A DNA stretch of 64,000 nt from contig JAQFVV010000007.1 in NCBI GenBank assembly GCA_028023455.1, positions 9,052,001 to 9,116,000 on the forward strand, given 5' to 3'. The notes below the pieces were generated by a model. The model had not been told where the DNA came from. It did not search any database and saw only the letters and a list, made by a program, of their open reading frames with translations. Source of the stretch: Epiperipatus broadwayi. Its lineage: Eukaryota > Animalia > Onychophora. Below are positions 37,621 to 51,196 of this stretch, piece after piece (position 1 is the first letter of the stretch; each line of letters starts with the position of its first letter). Made by a program: the position numbers and the translations under genes.

Positions 37621-38929
37621 CCTTATTACAGTCCTAAAAGAGAATTGAAAAATAAGTAAAATATAATAAAAAATACTTTCCTCATAAGTATTGAAAATCA
37701 GAGGAAAGTATTATTCAAATGATCAGTTGGTTGAGTGCTATTAACTGTTTGATTATTGGCCAGATTTACATTTGTAATAAACAATGAGCAAATTAGTTTT
37801 TCTTCAAATGATATATATTATTGCTTTATATTCAGGGTAAACTTTTAAAATATTAAATATGATTTTAAACCATCGGCATTTCAATAATTTACCGTCATTC
37901 TGTACTGCTAATTTGAATTAATAATACAATATTTTGTTTCAGCTATTAAAACTTTTATTCAATATTATGAATTAATAATGTTTGATTTATTAGAAATATA
38001 AATTTATGAACAAAAAAATCCTAAAGAATCATATTTGAATTTTCCAAATTGGAAAAAAAAACTTGAAATAAAGTGAAGTACATGATAAGAATAATACCTT
38101 TTTTTATTAGCTGATTATATTAACACACCTGGGAAAAAATTAATTAATGAAATCTCTAGTGATTGAATTTCATTTTTAAACATAAACAAATAATTATAAA
38201 GCCATCATAAAGGTATAAAATTCTACTCTAAAGTTTGAAATTTCATTCATAATTATTAAAATATCATGAAAGTTCTGTATTATCATGTATGACAAAGAGT
38301 AATGATCGTGATATCCTTTTTTTATCATTATTAAAAAATTTTAATTTTTATTTTTAAAAATGTAACATTACAAAAAAATCTAAATGTAACATGAATATAT
38401 TATTTTTTAGTCATTATTATACAAATAATTTGTAAAAATCATTTTAAATATTTAAATAAACTATGAAAGTATTTTTTTTTTTGCTATTGCTAACAACAAT
38501 TGAAAAAAAAAATGATTACAAGTTTGTTTATATGCTGAATATGAATGATTCTATCAATCAGCAATGTTCTAGATATTTTCTGGCTCATTAGTAAATTTTG
38601 TCTTTGAAGTACTGATATTTTCAGATTTTTTTAAACTAATAAATCTTTTTTTTTTACTTAATTTCCCAATTTTTATTGTCAAAAAACCATAAAACCAAAA
38701 AAATAGTGCTAAAAATAGTCAAAAGAGGGCAATATAAAACCAATGGCCAGCAATGACATCACAGGACTGTAATGTAAGGCAGGTGATAATAAGTTCATTA
38801 ATACATTTTTAATTGCATTTAAGAATGGTACTCAGCATCAAAAATATGTCAACACTGTCATTATTTTAGACATTTTCTTTCAATATGAAAAGGTATTAAT
38901 TAGAATTACTCTTAATTTATTACATTTCG

Positions 38930-39345
38930 GGGACATCTCATTCTGATGAAGCCCCCAAAATTCAAGCTAAAATCAATTCCTTCTGTCTTATAGGTAATTT
39001 TTAACAGCCATTCACATTGGATATCAACACCTATGACTGGAATAACTCCAACATAAATAATCACATTATAATAGTTGACCCTACCCTCTGAGTACTTGGT
39101 TTCTCCCAAAAAATACTGATCAACGATTAATAGAATCAGAATGAGCAAGGGTAAATGTGGTTATGTGTTGCATAAATGGGGATGTACAGACTCTCCAAAC
39201 TGTGGGTGTGGAAGACCACAAACTATTGTACATGTTATCAAGGATTATCCAACTTGGCAAACTCCTGTTGTCCTCATTGATTTGCATAACTTGGAGGTCT
39301 CTGTTGATCAGTTAAAAAACTGTTGGTGTTGAATTTGGATGTGTT
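38930..39345 (+). mobile_element. RTEX-like LINE 3' end with CCHC knuckle
   Basis: IVDPTL*VLGF..Y*STINRIRMSKGKCGYVLHKWGCTDSPNCGCGRPQTIVHVI matches the DPT..PGF...W..LNR.R.G.G.C...+.KWG....C.CG..QT+.H tail. Confidence 0.8.
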
Positions 39346-40185
39346 GACACCATATGCTAAATAAATGAGTATAAAGTTCAGTGATCAGAGTTATCATATT
39401 TTCATGCTTTCTTCACAAAGGACTTTATTGGAGTGTTAGACCCATTTCAAGTTTATGGATTTGAAAAATGGAATGATGTGTTTGCAGCTAACCAGGTTAC
39501 TTTAGGGTAATACTTTTTATCAATATGTTGAAAGAAACAAAATGTATCTATTCTATGTTAAATTCTTCTGATTAAAAGTTTCTCTTATAAATATCTATAT
39601 ATTTTTAAATACATTCCACTTTATATAGAAGTATGTTTGTTAACCCACTAACCATTATCAATCAAAATATTGAAAATATCTATGAAAATCCCAATTTTTA
39701 AATTAATAATAACAAAATGATAAATAGAGATCACAGCCTGCATGAAATAGAAATACTTATTTTTATGTTTACTTATGGTCCATATAAAAAAGATGTATGT
39801 GTGCATGCATCATATCCTATACTATGCTAACTCTGATACAACCTATATTGTGGAATTCAGATTTTCATTTAAGCTTCCATAAAATCTTGTAAAATGTGAA
39901 AATGTGTATATATAATGTAACGAACTTGATGCAACAGACAAAAATATTTTATTAAAATTGTCTTCTTTATGGATTATATTAGGTAGTTAAAATACACAGA
40001 ATATAGCACAGATTATATATGAATTATTATAATAAAAATTATATTAATCAAATATCACAATTATGCACAAAAACATAATAATTCAATATAAATAATACAT
40101 ACAAGACATGTTGTATGTAATATTTATACTGAATGATATTTTTCTGAGACAAGTTTAAACCTATTAGAATTACAACATGTAATAA

Positions 40186-41529
40186 CTGAAACACTGGCTT
40201 GTTATATACCTGTGGCTATATATATGTAATATAGGGTATATGAGCACAGACTTTCACACCACCCACCTCTCTCCACTCTATCTAATAACACTGATACACC
40301 TAAACACATATATGCTGAAAAGATAAATAATCACCAATATACATATTTCATGCTAAACCAGCAATCATCAGTTGGTCCAGACTATCATCTGAGCACTTAT
40401 ACTATATATGTGTGTAAAGATGATAGTCTGGACCAACTGATGATTGCTGGTTTAGCATGAAATATGTATATTGGTGCTTATTTATCTTTTCAGCATATAT
40501 GTGTTTAGGTGTATCAGTGTTATTAGATAGAGTGGAGAGAGGTGGGTGGTGTGAAAGTCTGTGCTCATATAACCTATATTACATATATATAGCCACAGGT
40601 ATATAACAAGCCTGTGTTTCAGTTATTACATTATAGAGATATCTGCCCATCCTTGCATATGTATTAAATGGATTATGTCCTGTACATGTGGGGTTCAGAT
40701 TGACCTTAGGTCAACATGGGTGTGACAATAATCTCGGCCTCAGGGTGGCCTTTGAGCATTCCATCATCAAATTTTCAATTGGATGGACGGTTGAAGAGTT
40801 GAAGTGTGGAGTGGATTGAAGCCTGTCCATTAAACTATGAGGATAGTCTATCTTAATATATATCTGAGCACTTATACTATATATGTGTGTAAAGATGATA
40901 GTCTGGACCAATTGATGATTGCTGGTTTAGCATGAAATATGTATATTGGTGATTATTTATCTTTTCAGCATATATGTGTTTAGATGTATCAGTGTTATTA
41001 GATAGAGTGGAGAGAGGTGGGTGGTGTGAAAGTCTGTGCTCATATACCCTATATTACATATATATAGCCACAGGTAAATAACAAGCCTGTGTTTCAGTTA
41101 TTACATTATAGAGATGTCTGCCCATCCTTGCATATGTATTAAATGGATTATGTCCTGTACATGTGGGGTTCAGATTGACCTTAGGTCAACATGGGTGTGA
41201 CAATAATCTCGGCCTCAGGGTGGCCTTTGAGCATTCCATCATCAGATTTCCAATTGGATGGACGGATGAAGAGTTGGAGTGTGGAGTGGATTGAAGCCTG
41301 TCCATTAAACTATGAGGATAATCTATCTTAATATATATCTGAGCACTTATACTATATATGTGTGTAAAGATGATAGTCTGGACCAACTGACGATTGCTGG
41401 TTTAGCATGAAATACGTATATTGGTGATTATTTATCTTTTCAGCATATATGTGTTTAGGTGTATCAGTGTTATTGGATAGAGTGGAGAGAGGTGGGTGGT
41501 GTGAAAGTCTGTGCTCATATACCCTATAT
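40186..41529. mobile_element. Retrozyme-like array (family B): ~200-bp inverted copy plus ~2.4 tandem 475-bp units, each with a hammerhead
   Basis: HHR at 40333-40376 (-), 40432-40475, 40907-40950, 41382-41425 (+), spaced exactly 475 bp; flanking direct repeat AACATGTAATAA at 40174-40185 and 41530-41541. Confidence 0.9.
41382..41425 (+). ncRNA. Minimal type-I hammerhead ribozyme (best family B copy)
   Basis: ACCAA-CTGACGA-T-TGCT ggttt AGCA-T-GAAA-TACGTA-TA-TTGGT: stem I 5 bp, core CUGANGA/GAAA, palindromic stem III ATACGTAT, predicted AUA cleavage site. Confidence 0.8.
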
Positions 41530-42473
41530 AACATGTAATAAATAAATTATTCTATTAAACAGAACAAACAGAATATATATCAGCATGTATAACTCAGGTA
41601 GCATGATTTCATTGGCACCATAATTTATCATTTAATTACAACAATAAATATTATCATAAATGGTAAGAATCATTTAATATATGGGTGGTCAAAGTATAAT
41701 GAACAATAATTTAAAATAGAAAGATCAAAGGTAATTATGTGTTATTATATCTAAATTTATAATGTACCTAAAATATCTCTTTCTAAATATAAATTTAATG
41801 CATAATGTTAAAACTGAATTTTGCTCATAAGTGAATTTATAATAATCCAAATTATTACAGACTCATGTGATTTATAAGGTGCTAATGACTCTATAATAAA
41901 TATTTTATTTAGTAAATAAATAATTCAACAAATATATGATCTATTATCTAATAAATATGTAGTTTAGAGTCTATAAATCAATATCTCATAAGTAATGTAA
42001 TTTATAGAATAGGTAAATCTAATGATACATCGATTAATAATAATATGCAAGTTTATTAAGATAATAACACAAAAATTAAATTTAATAATTATAAATTTAA
42101 AATCCATTATATTTAAATCTATTCTGAATACATTGCAATTACTAAATTGCAATCTATATTTTAAATAATATTTTAATATGAATATTTTAACAATCACAAG
42201 ACAAAGATTAGTGCATACTACTTTTCACACAATAAAAATTTGTTTTTGTTTTTTTTAATATCCTTTCAATAAAGTAAAGCTTTATATAAAATTAATTATA
42301 TATATTCAAAAAAAATTAAATATTAAATACATTCTTTAAGCTATTTTACTAAAAATATTAATATTAATTCATTCAAGTCTTAACTACTTGATCTACATAT
42401 TAAGTTTGTATTGAATAATATAAGTAAGCTATACTGTTATTATAGATTTTAAAAGAAAGAATTTTAAATTGGC

Positions 42474-42690
42474 AGCTGCTGCTGCTGCTAGTGCTACTGC
42501 TACTACTACTGCTACTGTTACTACTTGCTTTATACTGTATTAATGTTTTATATTTTATTTGCACATATATATTTTTGTTAAGCTCCATGTATGATTTTTT
42601 ATCACAAGATTATATGTTTAAGAAATAATAATAATAATTATTATTACTATCATTATTATCATCAACATCATCATTATTATTATTATTATT
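42474..42690. repeat. Trinucleotide microsatellites (CTG/CTA at ~42474-42525; TAA/TAT/CAT at ~42626-42690)
   Basis: Direct reading. Confidence 0.9.
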
Positions 42691-42717
42691 CAAAGATAAA
42701 CTTTCAATGTCATAGAA

Positions 42718-43205
42718 AATTACAAGAGTTTTACATAGCTTAGATTATGGTGTTTACATGGGCAATCTGTAGTTGTAGGTTTACATATATAAAAATTGAT
42801 TTATTGGTTTACACAGGATTGTAGAAATTTTTACATACTAAGAAATAGTTACAAAGTTTTACGTAGCTTGGATTGCTGTGGTAACATGGGCAAGCCATAA
42901 TTGTAGCTTTACATATGTAAAAGTTGATTTATTGATTTACATGACATTACAAGAATTTTTTCACACTGTAGATTAGTTACAAGGGTTTTACACATGAGCA
43001 ATCTGTAGTTGTAGATTTATGTATGTGCAAGTTGATTTACTTATTTACATAATATTACAAGAAATTTTTATATGCTGTGGATTAGTTACAAGGGTTTTAC
43101 ATAGCTTGGATTTCCATGGTTACATGGGCAATCTGCAGTTGTAGGTTTACATATATAAAAGTTATTTTATAAATGTACACAAGATTTCATAAATTTTACA
43201 TGCTC
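42718..43205. repeat. Minisatellite, ~129-bp unit x ~4
   Basis: TTACAA(G)GTTTTAC unit starts near 42720, 42849, 42977 and 43086; the third unit has a ~20-bp deletion. Confidence 0.88.
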
Positions 43206-43229
43206 TGGACTGCAGTATCTACAGATGCA

Positions 43230-43800
43230 AACCAGATTTAGTTTTATGTGGTTGGGTTGTCTGGGTAACATTGATGAAAAACTAGAATTTCCATTATAGT
43301 GTGGCAATTGTCTGTGAGGCCTGCACTGATATGAAATCAATGTGTTATTTTTGATTTTTTAGGGTGCTGGATCTTCTTAGGGTGACCAGGTTTTTCTCTT
43401 GGTTTCATTAGCAATGTGGGCTGGGGAGGGTGTTGGTGTGGATGAAAGACATGGCAGGATTGCTTTCATAATTGGTACAATCCTACCATGTCTGCTTTCT
43501 GTGGCATTTGAATAGATGAGTGTTCCAGAGAGGGGAGGGTGACAGCTATGTTCGAGTTGGTTGCAATTGTTAAGTTGGAGTTTGTGGTGGGTGGTTAGAC
43601 TCTGGGTTTATGTGTGTGTTAAAGGTAGAGACTGAGTAAGGTCCATGAGTAGAGATCCTGATTTCCAGATGGGGTTGCTGGTACAGTTATGTTAGAACTT
43701 GTTGCTATTATTAAGTTGGAGTTTGTCATAGGTTGGTCAGACTCTGGGTTTAGCTGTATTAGAGGTACAGGCCGAGTGAGGCTTTTGATGTGATTTAAGT
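43230..43800 (-). mobile_element. Possible I/Nimb-type LINE ORF1-ORF2 junction remnant
   Basis: Locally GC-richer; minus strand (I)ATL*WK...KLNLVCIC resembles M..+QWN...P.+CLQET after allowing stops and frameshifts; ~150-bp internal direct repeat. Confidence 0.3.
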
Positions 43801-43899
43801 GTGAAATTCATAGTTAGAGGATTCAGACATAAGGAGATAGTAAATCTGGATAGGTAGTTAAACTCAGCATTGCTATTGGATGTGACTTATGTTTTTTTG

Positions 43900-44800
43900 A
43901 AATTATCTAGTAACTTGATGTTAATTGAAGATTTGAATGAAAAATTTAACACAAAATTGGAAATAAGTTATCAACTGATTGGAAATTGAAAAGGATATAT
44001 AAAGTTAGTTGTTTTTTTTTTCTTGCTAACCTAAAGTTTGACTTCTTTACAAGTATAAACAGCCAGAGCTTGTTAACGTGGCTGTCAGCAGGTGAATTAA
44101 TTGCTGGGAACTTGAAATCAAATTTTTATTACTAAATAAAGATCATTTTGCTACAATAACATTAAAAATAAGCTTATGCTTGACTAACCTTTGAACTTTG
44201 AAACTCAGTGCTGGTATTATTGGCGACAGATAATGTTCATCAGATTTTTTTTTTTAATTACCGTTAGGTAACTTGATTTTAATTAGAAATTTCAATAAAA
44301 ATTGTAATTCAAAATTGGAAGTAAGTAATCAATTGATTAAAGGCTTATTATTATCTTGCATTAGACTAAGGTTTTGAATTCTTTTTGAGCATAAAAACTA
44401 GAGCTTGTTAATTTGTTTGTGAGCAAGTGAATTGCTTGCTAGGAAATTTGTAATTGGAATTTTTTTTCCCAACAGAGATCGAAATTTGCTACAATAGAAT
44501 TAAAAATTAGCTTATGTTTGACTGAACTTTTACTTTTTGAAATTCTGTGCTGGTAATATTGGCGGGAAGCATCTGGTCATGTGATGGATTTGTCTCCATA
44601 TTGTTTTCTAAAATTAACAGTTGGGTAACTTGATTTTAATTGAAATTTTTAATTAAAAATGTAAGACAAAATGATTAATTAATTATCAACTCAGTGAAAT
44701 TTGAAAAAGGTATGTTGGGATATGGTTTTTATCTTGTCAGGCTTAGGTTTTGAGTACTTTTGGAGCATGCAAAACTAGAGCTCTTTAACTTGGTAGAGAA
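43900..44800. repeat. Diverged tandem repeat, ~358-bp unit x ~2.6
   Basis: TAACTTGAT anchors at ~43911, 44269 and 44626; AGAGCT(T/C)(G/T)TTAA recurs in each unit. Confidence 0.85.
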
Positions 44801-45339
44801 TAAATGAACTGTTGCTGCTGAACTACTACTATACTGAAAGTAAAGTAAAAGTTAATTTAATAAAAAAATTTCATAAATCGTTTGTTTACAAATTGTGTAA
44901 GTATAAGAAGTGGTGGTCATGTGATGTTTAGAGGTTTAAATTCTATTTGACCACACATACATAGATCAGAAATCAGAGGCATGAAAACTCCATTTATGAA
45001 GATGTAAGTAACACTCATGGTTGGTCCTGAATCTTCTCATTAAGTATGTATATACTACATACATGTTTTAAAATGTATGTATTGTCTGCATATGCATATC
45101 TGTAAATCAATGCATATTACATAGTGACATAATTAAGATATTGGATGACAAAAGTTTTAAGGTGTGAATCATAGTTACAATATGAAATGTAATAGTATCT
45201 TAACATGCTAGTATTAAATTTTATTTTAAATTGGGCAAAACTTCTGTTGAAATATTTGGAATAATGCAAAATGTATATAGCAGTGAAATCATGAATTGTA
45301 AGAATGTTTTCAAGTAGTTTGCAAGATTTCAAGATGGCA

Positions 45340-45543
45340 AAGAGAGCATTGATGATAATTTACAAAGGTAGGAAACACTGTCTCATTTTGTATAGTAACT
45401 TGTGATTTCAATATGCTAGGATTTTAAAATTTGTGTGGTAAATAGTCCAGCTATGTCACTACATAATACATGTATTGATGTAGACATGGAACTGCAGGCA
45501 ACATTGAGAAAAAATGTCACCTTTTCACTGGGACACACTGTGT
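45340..45543. mobile_element. Tc1/mariner-like terminal fragment family (also ~2690-2783 and ~49840-49983)
   Basis: Shared subterminal GATGG..CTGCAGGCAAC..GAGAA block ending TGGGA(C/T)ACA(C/T)TGT at three loci. Confidence 0.5.
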
Positions 45544-45869
45544 GTATAGAGAAATATGTTGAAAACAAAACAGTATTATTCATGAATTTCAACCATCTAC
45601 AGGAATACAGTTAATCCACTGTAAACAAATGTTTTGCATAATAGAGGACAAAAACTACTGAAGAATGACATTTAGTTATTATAAAGAAAAAATATAATTG
45701 CTACACCCATGCACAGTGTGCATGGTTTCAGTATTTATTTTTCTAGATATCAACATATATAAATTCTCTGAATATCATTATACTGAAAACGAATTTTAAT
45801 AATAGTAGCAAACTCATCATAAAATAATGCTAGCAAGCCTTAGTAATCAATGAATGTAAGATTATTCTG

Positions 45870-46275
45870 TCAATGGAATAATGGTCACTATTGCTTTTGA
45901 AAAACTGAAAGGTATAATGTTGAACTGGGTTCAAATCTGTATGACTATAGAAGCAAAAGAGCTTCAATTGAAAACATTATTGTCTTTTCATTTTGGCTGC
46001 ATAGCTTTATAGTTGACTAAATAAATAAAAAGATGGCTGCTGGAGGGTTGCATTAGATCTTAAGATCTAGATACAGGGCTCTCAGCTTCAAAGCTCCTCA
46101 TTAATGAAGCTAGAAACTAGTTTGGGTATATTGGATGAGTAGACACTAGATAGAGATATTATGACAAACACTCGCATTTCATTGATTACTAAGGCTTGCA
46201 CTGGGTGGCACAACTGTATGGAGAGTTATATTATTAACAACTTGTGTAAATATAGGAATGGTAATCATGTGATAT
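45870..46275 (+). mobile_element. Family A full-length copy (A/B-box head, hammerhead with deleted stem II, conserved 3' block)
   Basis: TGGAATAATGGT (A-like, ~45876), GGGTTCAAATC (45928-45938), TCCTCA-TTAATGA-AGCTA-GAAACTAGTT (46095-46128). A further 3' fragment lies at ~48625-48740. Confidence 0.75.
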
Positions 46276-48967
46276 TTTGGTGGTTGAGAACAAATTTTGC
46301 AAAACTAAAACAAAAATATCTTAATATCTTTTTTATATATTCTATTTTTAATAATTAATCCAAATACCTTCTTTAATAGAGGGCAAGAAATAATTAGTAA
46401 TTAGCAAGACATTTCCTTTCTTAAATACAGGAACAATTATTAACCAACATAAAATAAATGTACCAATTATTACAAAAAAAAAAAAAAGATACACAAAAAT
46501 GTCACAATTCTTACTGAAGAACAAATGTTTATTTTAATCAACACGATAATATAATCTACTACTGGTTAACAGTAGCAATAATATTATTAAAACAGAAAAA
46601 AGCAATTAATCATAATATATAGAAGAAACAATAATAATTATTTATTTTTTTAGAAAAATCTGTCAAAATATTTAACCTACATGAGAAAAACCTGTTACAT
46701 GACATTTCTCACGGCACTTCAAATTGAAGATTAATGTATGCAATATGAAATATTTCAATTATATTAATTATTTTAAAAAAATGTTTGTAAGCATGTTAGA
46801 CATGGATGTGGATTTATGTTATATGTATATGTACGTGTCTGTAATATACTGTAACACTGTGCGTCAATTAGATGCCTGCAGATAGAATAAAATAAATATA
46901 GAAAAATAAAAGCTACAGAAATCATGCAGAATATATTTCTTAATATGTCTTCCATATTGGGAAATCATTCAGCAATATATATGAAATGCATACATACTAT
47001 TAGAGCGATTTATCAATTTATTTTATCTAATATGACAGCTATAGTAAAAAAACTATATTAGCATATTAAATGAAACTGACATTTTTTTAAATTTATTTGC
47101 ATCTAATTCAAAATGGATTAACATACTATGTATTTCAATGTTGAGTTCCTTAATTAACATTTTTTAACAATATGAATCTCTGATTCTGCATTGATAAACA
47201 TCTAGCTATTTTTCGTTATATTAAAAAATTATAGTGCTAAATAATGGGGTTTGACATTGTCTGATATCATTAAAATATTAATATAAGTTTACTGTTGTAT
47301 TTATATGAATTATTCCCAGTTATTCAAATCAGCTGTCTTATTTATTACTGTTAGTATAATACATAAATTATGCTCATTATACATATTATCAGTTAGTATG
47401 CAAAAACCAAAAAAAGAAAAGAAAAGACTAACTTCCTTCCACTAAGTTCATATTATTTATATATTGCCTCATCTCTTTTCTGACTACAGAAGCCATAATG
47501 TAAGCAATGCATAAAATAAGTGAGCATTAATAATTCAACTGCAATCATCAATTTATGGTATTTATTTTCTTAAAGTAGTAGAAAATCGCTCTGATAAACC
47601 AAATACTTTCTTGCATTAGTCCTATAGGAGTAAACTGCATCACAATTACTAAGGTAAGCATCAATGTTGTTAAAACAAAATTAACATAATACTTTTAAGT
47701 GCTGCATATAATTTCTGCACAAAATTTTCTTCCTATTAAAAAAATTATATAATTTTATCAATAAAATATTGCAGAGGAAGAATATCTCTAATAAAACAAT
47801 GCAATGTTGATTGGACTAGGGTATAAATGACCCTGTTTTCTAAGACTGTTTACCTTTTTAAAAACTTTGCTTCACTCTCATAATTGACCAGTTGTACATT
47901 AAACATAGTATAACTGCAATGAATTTCAAATTATTTAACCAACTATCTAATTTCAATCAAAGATTATTCAAATAATAAATTAACCATCATTCAAATAGTG
48001 TTTATAAATCTAATGCTTATAAACCTGCTGTTATAAACTTTCCTTAATTCCCACTTTCAGATCTTCATATATATTCAATATCCACAGGTGATTTCAATTC
48101 CAGTAACATCGTTGGAGATATGTAATAGAAGAAAGATTCTGAATATATACAATGGATGGTTTTAAATAATGGGTATAGTTTGCAATGCCAAAATAATAGA
48201 ATATTCTATTTAAAATCAAGCATCAAAACCATGATCCTTCCATGTGTCCAGTTAAGTAAAAAGTGATTCATCATGGTCTAATCTATTAATGAAGAGTCAT
48301 CCTCCCTCCAATCACCAATGTAAACCAACTCTTAACAACTTTAGAAATCACATGCACAGAATTAAAACTATTTATCATTAAAATAAATAATAATATCATT
48401 ATCCTCTCTTTCTGTCAATGATTTAATAATCTTATTGTGATCTGAGATTATAATCTTTGCAAACATGAAAACCAATTCATCCCAGATTGGAATGAAGGCA
48501 TCAAAGCTATTTATAATAAACACAGAAATTGGACAAAAATCTATAAAATGTTTTAATGATACAGGAAAACAAAAATAATTTACTAAATGCATATGGAGTT
48601 CACAATATTAAACCACCAAAGATCATATGATATTGGATGAGTAGGCACTAGATAGGGATTTTATGTACAAACCTTCCTGCAGCCATTGATTACTCTGGCT
48701 TGCACTTAGTGGTGCTACTGTATAGAGAGTTGTCTCTGTGCAGTGTTCAATATCTTTAATAATGACTTGATGTGTGCAGAAGTTCTTGGTAATCAGTGGC
48801 CAATAGGACTGCCAATATTTTATACCTGACTTATAAATCTTAGATAGAATATTGCTCCAGTGGAAAGATGTCTGGTGACTGGTTTTTCTCAAAACTGATA
48901 CCATCTTTGAAAGAGAATGTGTGTTATGCAGCTATTCAGATTCACCACAAAAATATTCAGGTATTAG

Positions 48968-49611
48968 CAGTGGTGGCCGATGAGAATTCATAGTGGTGAG
49001 GCAGCAATTAAAAATGTAAACAGAAATGACTTGTATCTTCAAAGAAAATTGTCATATACAATAAGATTACAAATATTTTTTTACTATGAAAGTGCTATTG
49101 TATCATTTGGGTTGCAGTAACTTTTACCCATCTCACAAAGAGCAGAAACAAAAAGAGTGCATATATAAATGAGATAGAAAATCTCTACAAATAGATTAAT
49201 AGATACTTTTTTGCCTCTTTACTTTATTTGTACATTTGCATAAGATGCATACAGGAATTTAATTAATATATAAATTTAAGAATAATAATAATTAAAAAGA
49301 TTCATTTTAACACTTCATTTATTATGAAAGTGTTGTTGTATCATCGGGCTGCAGTAACGTTTTCCCATCCAACAGAAAGTGCAAACAAAAAGAGCGTGTA
49401 TCTGAGCAAGATAAAAAATCACTACAAATAGATTGTGGACACATTTTTGCCTCTTGGCTTAGATAGGGTATACTTTTTGTACATTTGTGTAAAACATATA
49501 TATGAATTTAATTAATATACAAATTTAAAAATGATAACAATTAAACAAAAACATTCATTTTACATTGGGAAGTGATGCAACCCTGAAGCCTTTATGAATG
49601 GGCCACCACTG
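48968..49611. mobile_element. Non-autonomous hAT element (644 bp) with internal ~240-bp tandem duplication
   Basis: 11-bp perfect TIR CAGTGGTGGCC; 8-bp TSD GGTATTAG / GGTACTAG (7/8). Confidence 0.85.
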
Positions 49612-50959
49612 GGTACTAGTAAAATGTGTTTCATATCTTAACCCACAATGGAAAAACAGAATAACATTAAATTTTGTTTTAACTTGGACAAAACTGTCAT
49701 ATTCAAAATATTTCTGACTTTGTATTGCAGTAACAGTATATGTTGTAAAATGTTCTCAAATGGTTTGCATGGATTTATAATGGTAGATAATGATTCACAA
49801 AGACTTAAAAGCCACTGACACATTTCATATCATAATTCATAGTCCAGACTTGATATCACCTTAAAATATTTGTAATAAATGGTTAAACTTCATCACTATA
49901 TAGTACATGCATTAATTCAGAGATGGCACTGCAGGCAACTTAAAGAGAAAACCAATCACTTTTCCAATGGGATACACTGTGTAACTATAGACTTATTTTT
50001 CTCAGCCCAGACATGATCTGAATTACCTTTTATGTGTATCATAACCATACTGAAACAATTCTAAATATTTTAGCATGCAGCAAAACTGAAGAAATCTTAA
50101 TATCAAATAAACTTAACAATATCCCACTAAGTTATCACCAATGTTTTTTCTATGGTTCTACATGCTCATTGAAAAAATTAACTAATAGTTAAGAACCATC
50201 TACCTGATACAATATTCAGGCTACTGGTTTTAAATATTAAGATAAAAAAATACAACATCACCATTTAACATTGTCAATAAAAAGTTCTAGCTTAAAACAG
50301 AATAGCTACTGAAGTCTGTCTGAAATGTTGAGGTCTATTTACTCTTAATCATTGCTAACATCAGATGTAGGCAGATTATTTCAAGTTGTGAGCCTCAAGA
50401 GAATGTGGCCAGTCATACATTGAACCACAAAATTTTAATGCGTATAAATATGAAATATTAATCTTTTATATATCATAATATTTTATTTTAGATTTTATTT
50501 TAACTAAATTTGAAATTAGAATTGCTTTGTTTCCATGATCTAATTTAATGGTAAATATTTTTTAAAAATTCAAAATTTATTAAATGTTTTCAAATACATT
50601 CGCCCATTAGTAATAAAATATAGGTTAGTATATAACACACATTTTTGATATTCTTTATTTTTCATATATTGTTAGACTAACCAGTAACAACACTAGCATG
50701 GGAATTGAATTGGTAACCCTTAGATTCATTTTTGTATTTATTTATACAAGTTAAATGTATTAACATTCTTCTCTTAATCAACCTTAGTTGTGCTTTTATG
50801 TAGAAGTCATAAATAGTTTACATATTTACAATTACTTTGATTTTAAATTTACCACAAAATATACAAATCATAATAACAAAATAATTACATTTCAATAATA
50901 AATAATAAAACATTTATTGCATCCTATATATTTATAAAATGCTAATGGGTTTATTGCTC

Positions 50960-51025
50960 AGGAGTTCATAAGTAGTTTCAAGTGCCAGAAATGATCCCAG
51001 GACCACCTGATCCAAAGTCAGATGC
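50960..51025 (-). mobile_element. tRNA-derived fragment (SINE head or pseudo-tRNA)
   Basis: TAGTTGGTAGAGCATCTGACTTTGGATCAGGTGGTCCTGGGATCATTTC retains D-arm, anticodon-arm and T-arm-like order. Confidence 0.55.
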
Positions 51026-51154
51026 TCTACCAACTATACATATATATCTATATATACATGGTAGGTATGTCATAGAATAATTTAGAAACATAGTAATCTA
51101 ATATAATATTATTTATGTTCGTTATTACTTTTTACAATGCTTTTTACAACCCAC

Positions 51155-51196
51155 TATTGACAGTTTCAATTGCCCTGGCAATCTTCTTCAGAACTT
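51155..51196 (-). ncRNA. Minimal type-I hammerhead ribozyme (best family C copy)
   Basis: AGTT-CTGAAGA-A-GATTGC cagg GCAATT-GAAA-CTG-TC-AAT; intact core and GUC site; lies in a minus/plus fold-back family C locus at ~51120-51320. Confidence 0.75.

Noticed and set aside
40186-41529. CRISPR-like or bacterial repeat system
   Set aside because: There are no short repeats with unique spacers and no cas genes; the context is eukaryotic.
40711-41534. Duplicated 66-aa ORFs (40711-40911, 41186-41386) and the 60-aa ORF in the array
   Set aside because: They are antisense by-products of the 475-bp repeat, with no recognisable domain.
42400-42588. Poly-serine ORF
   Set aside because: It is produced by the CTG/CTA microsatellite.
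48060-48360. Weak resemblance to R4/Dong or other LINE RT-downstream motifs on the minus strand
   Set aside because: It needs many stops and frameshifts, so it is too degraded to support.
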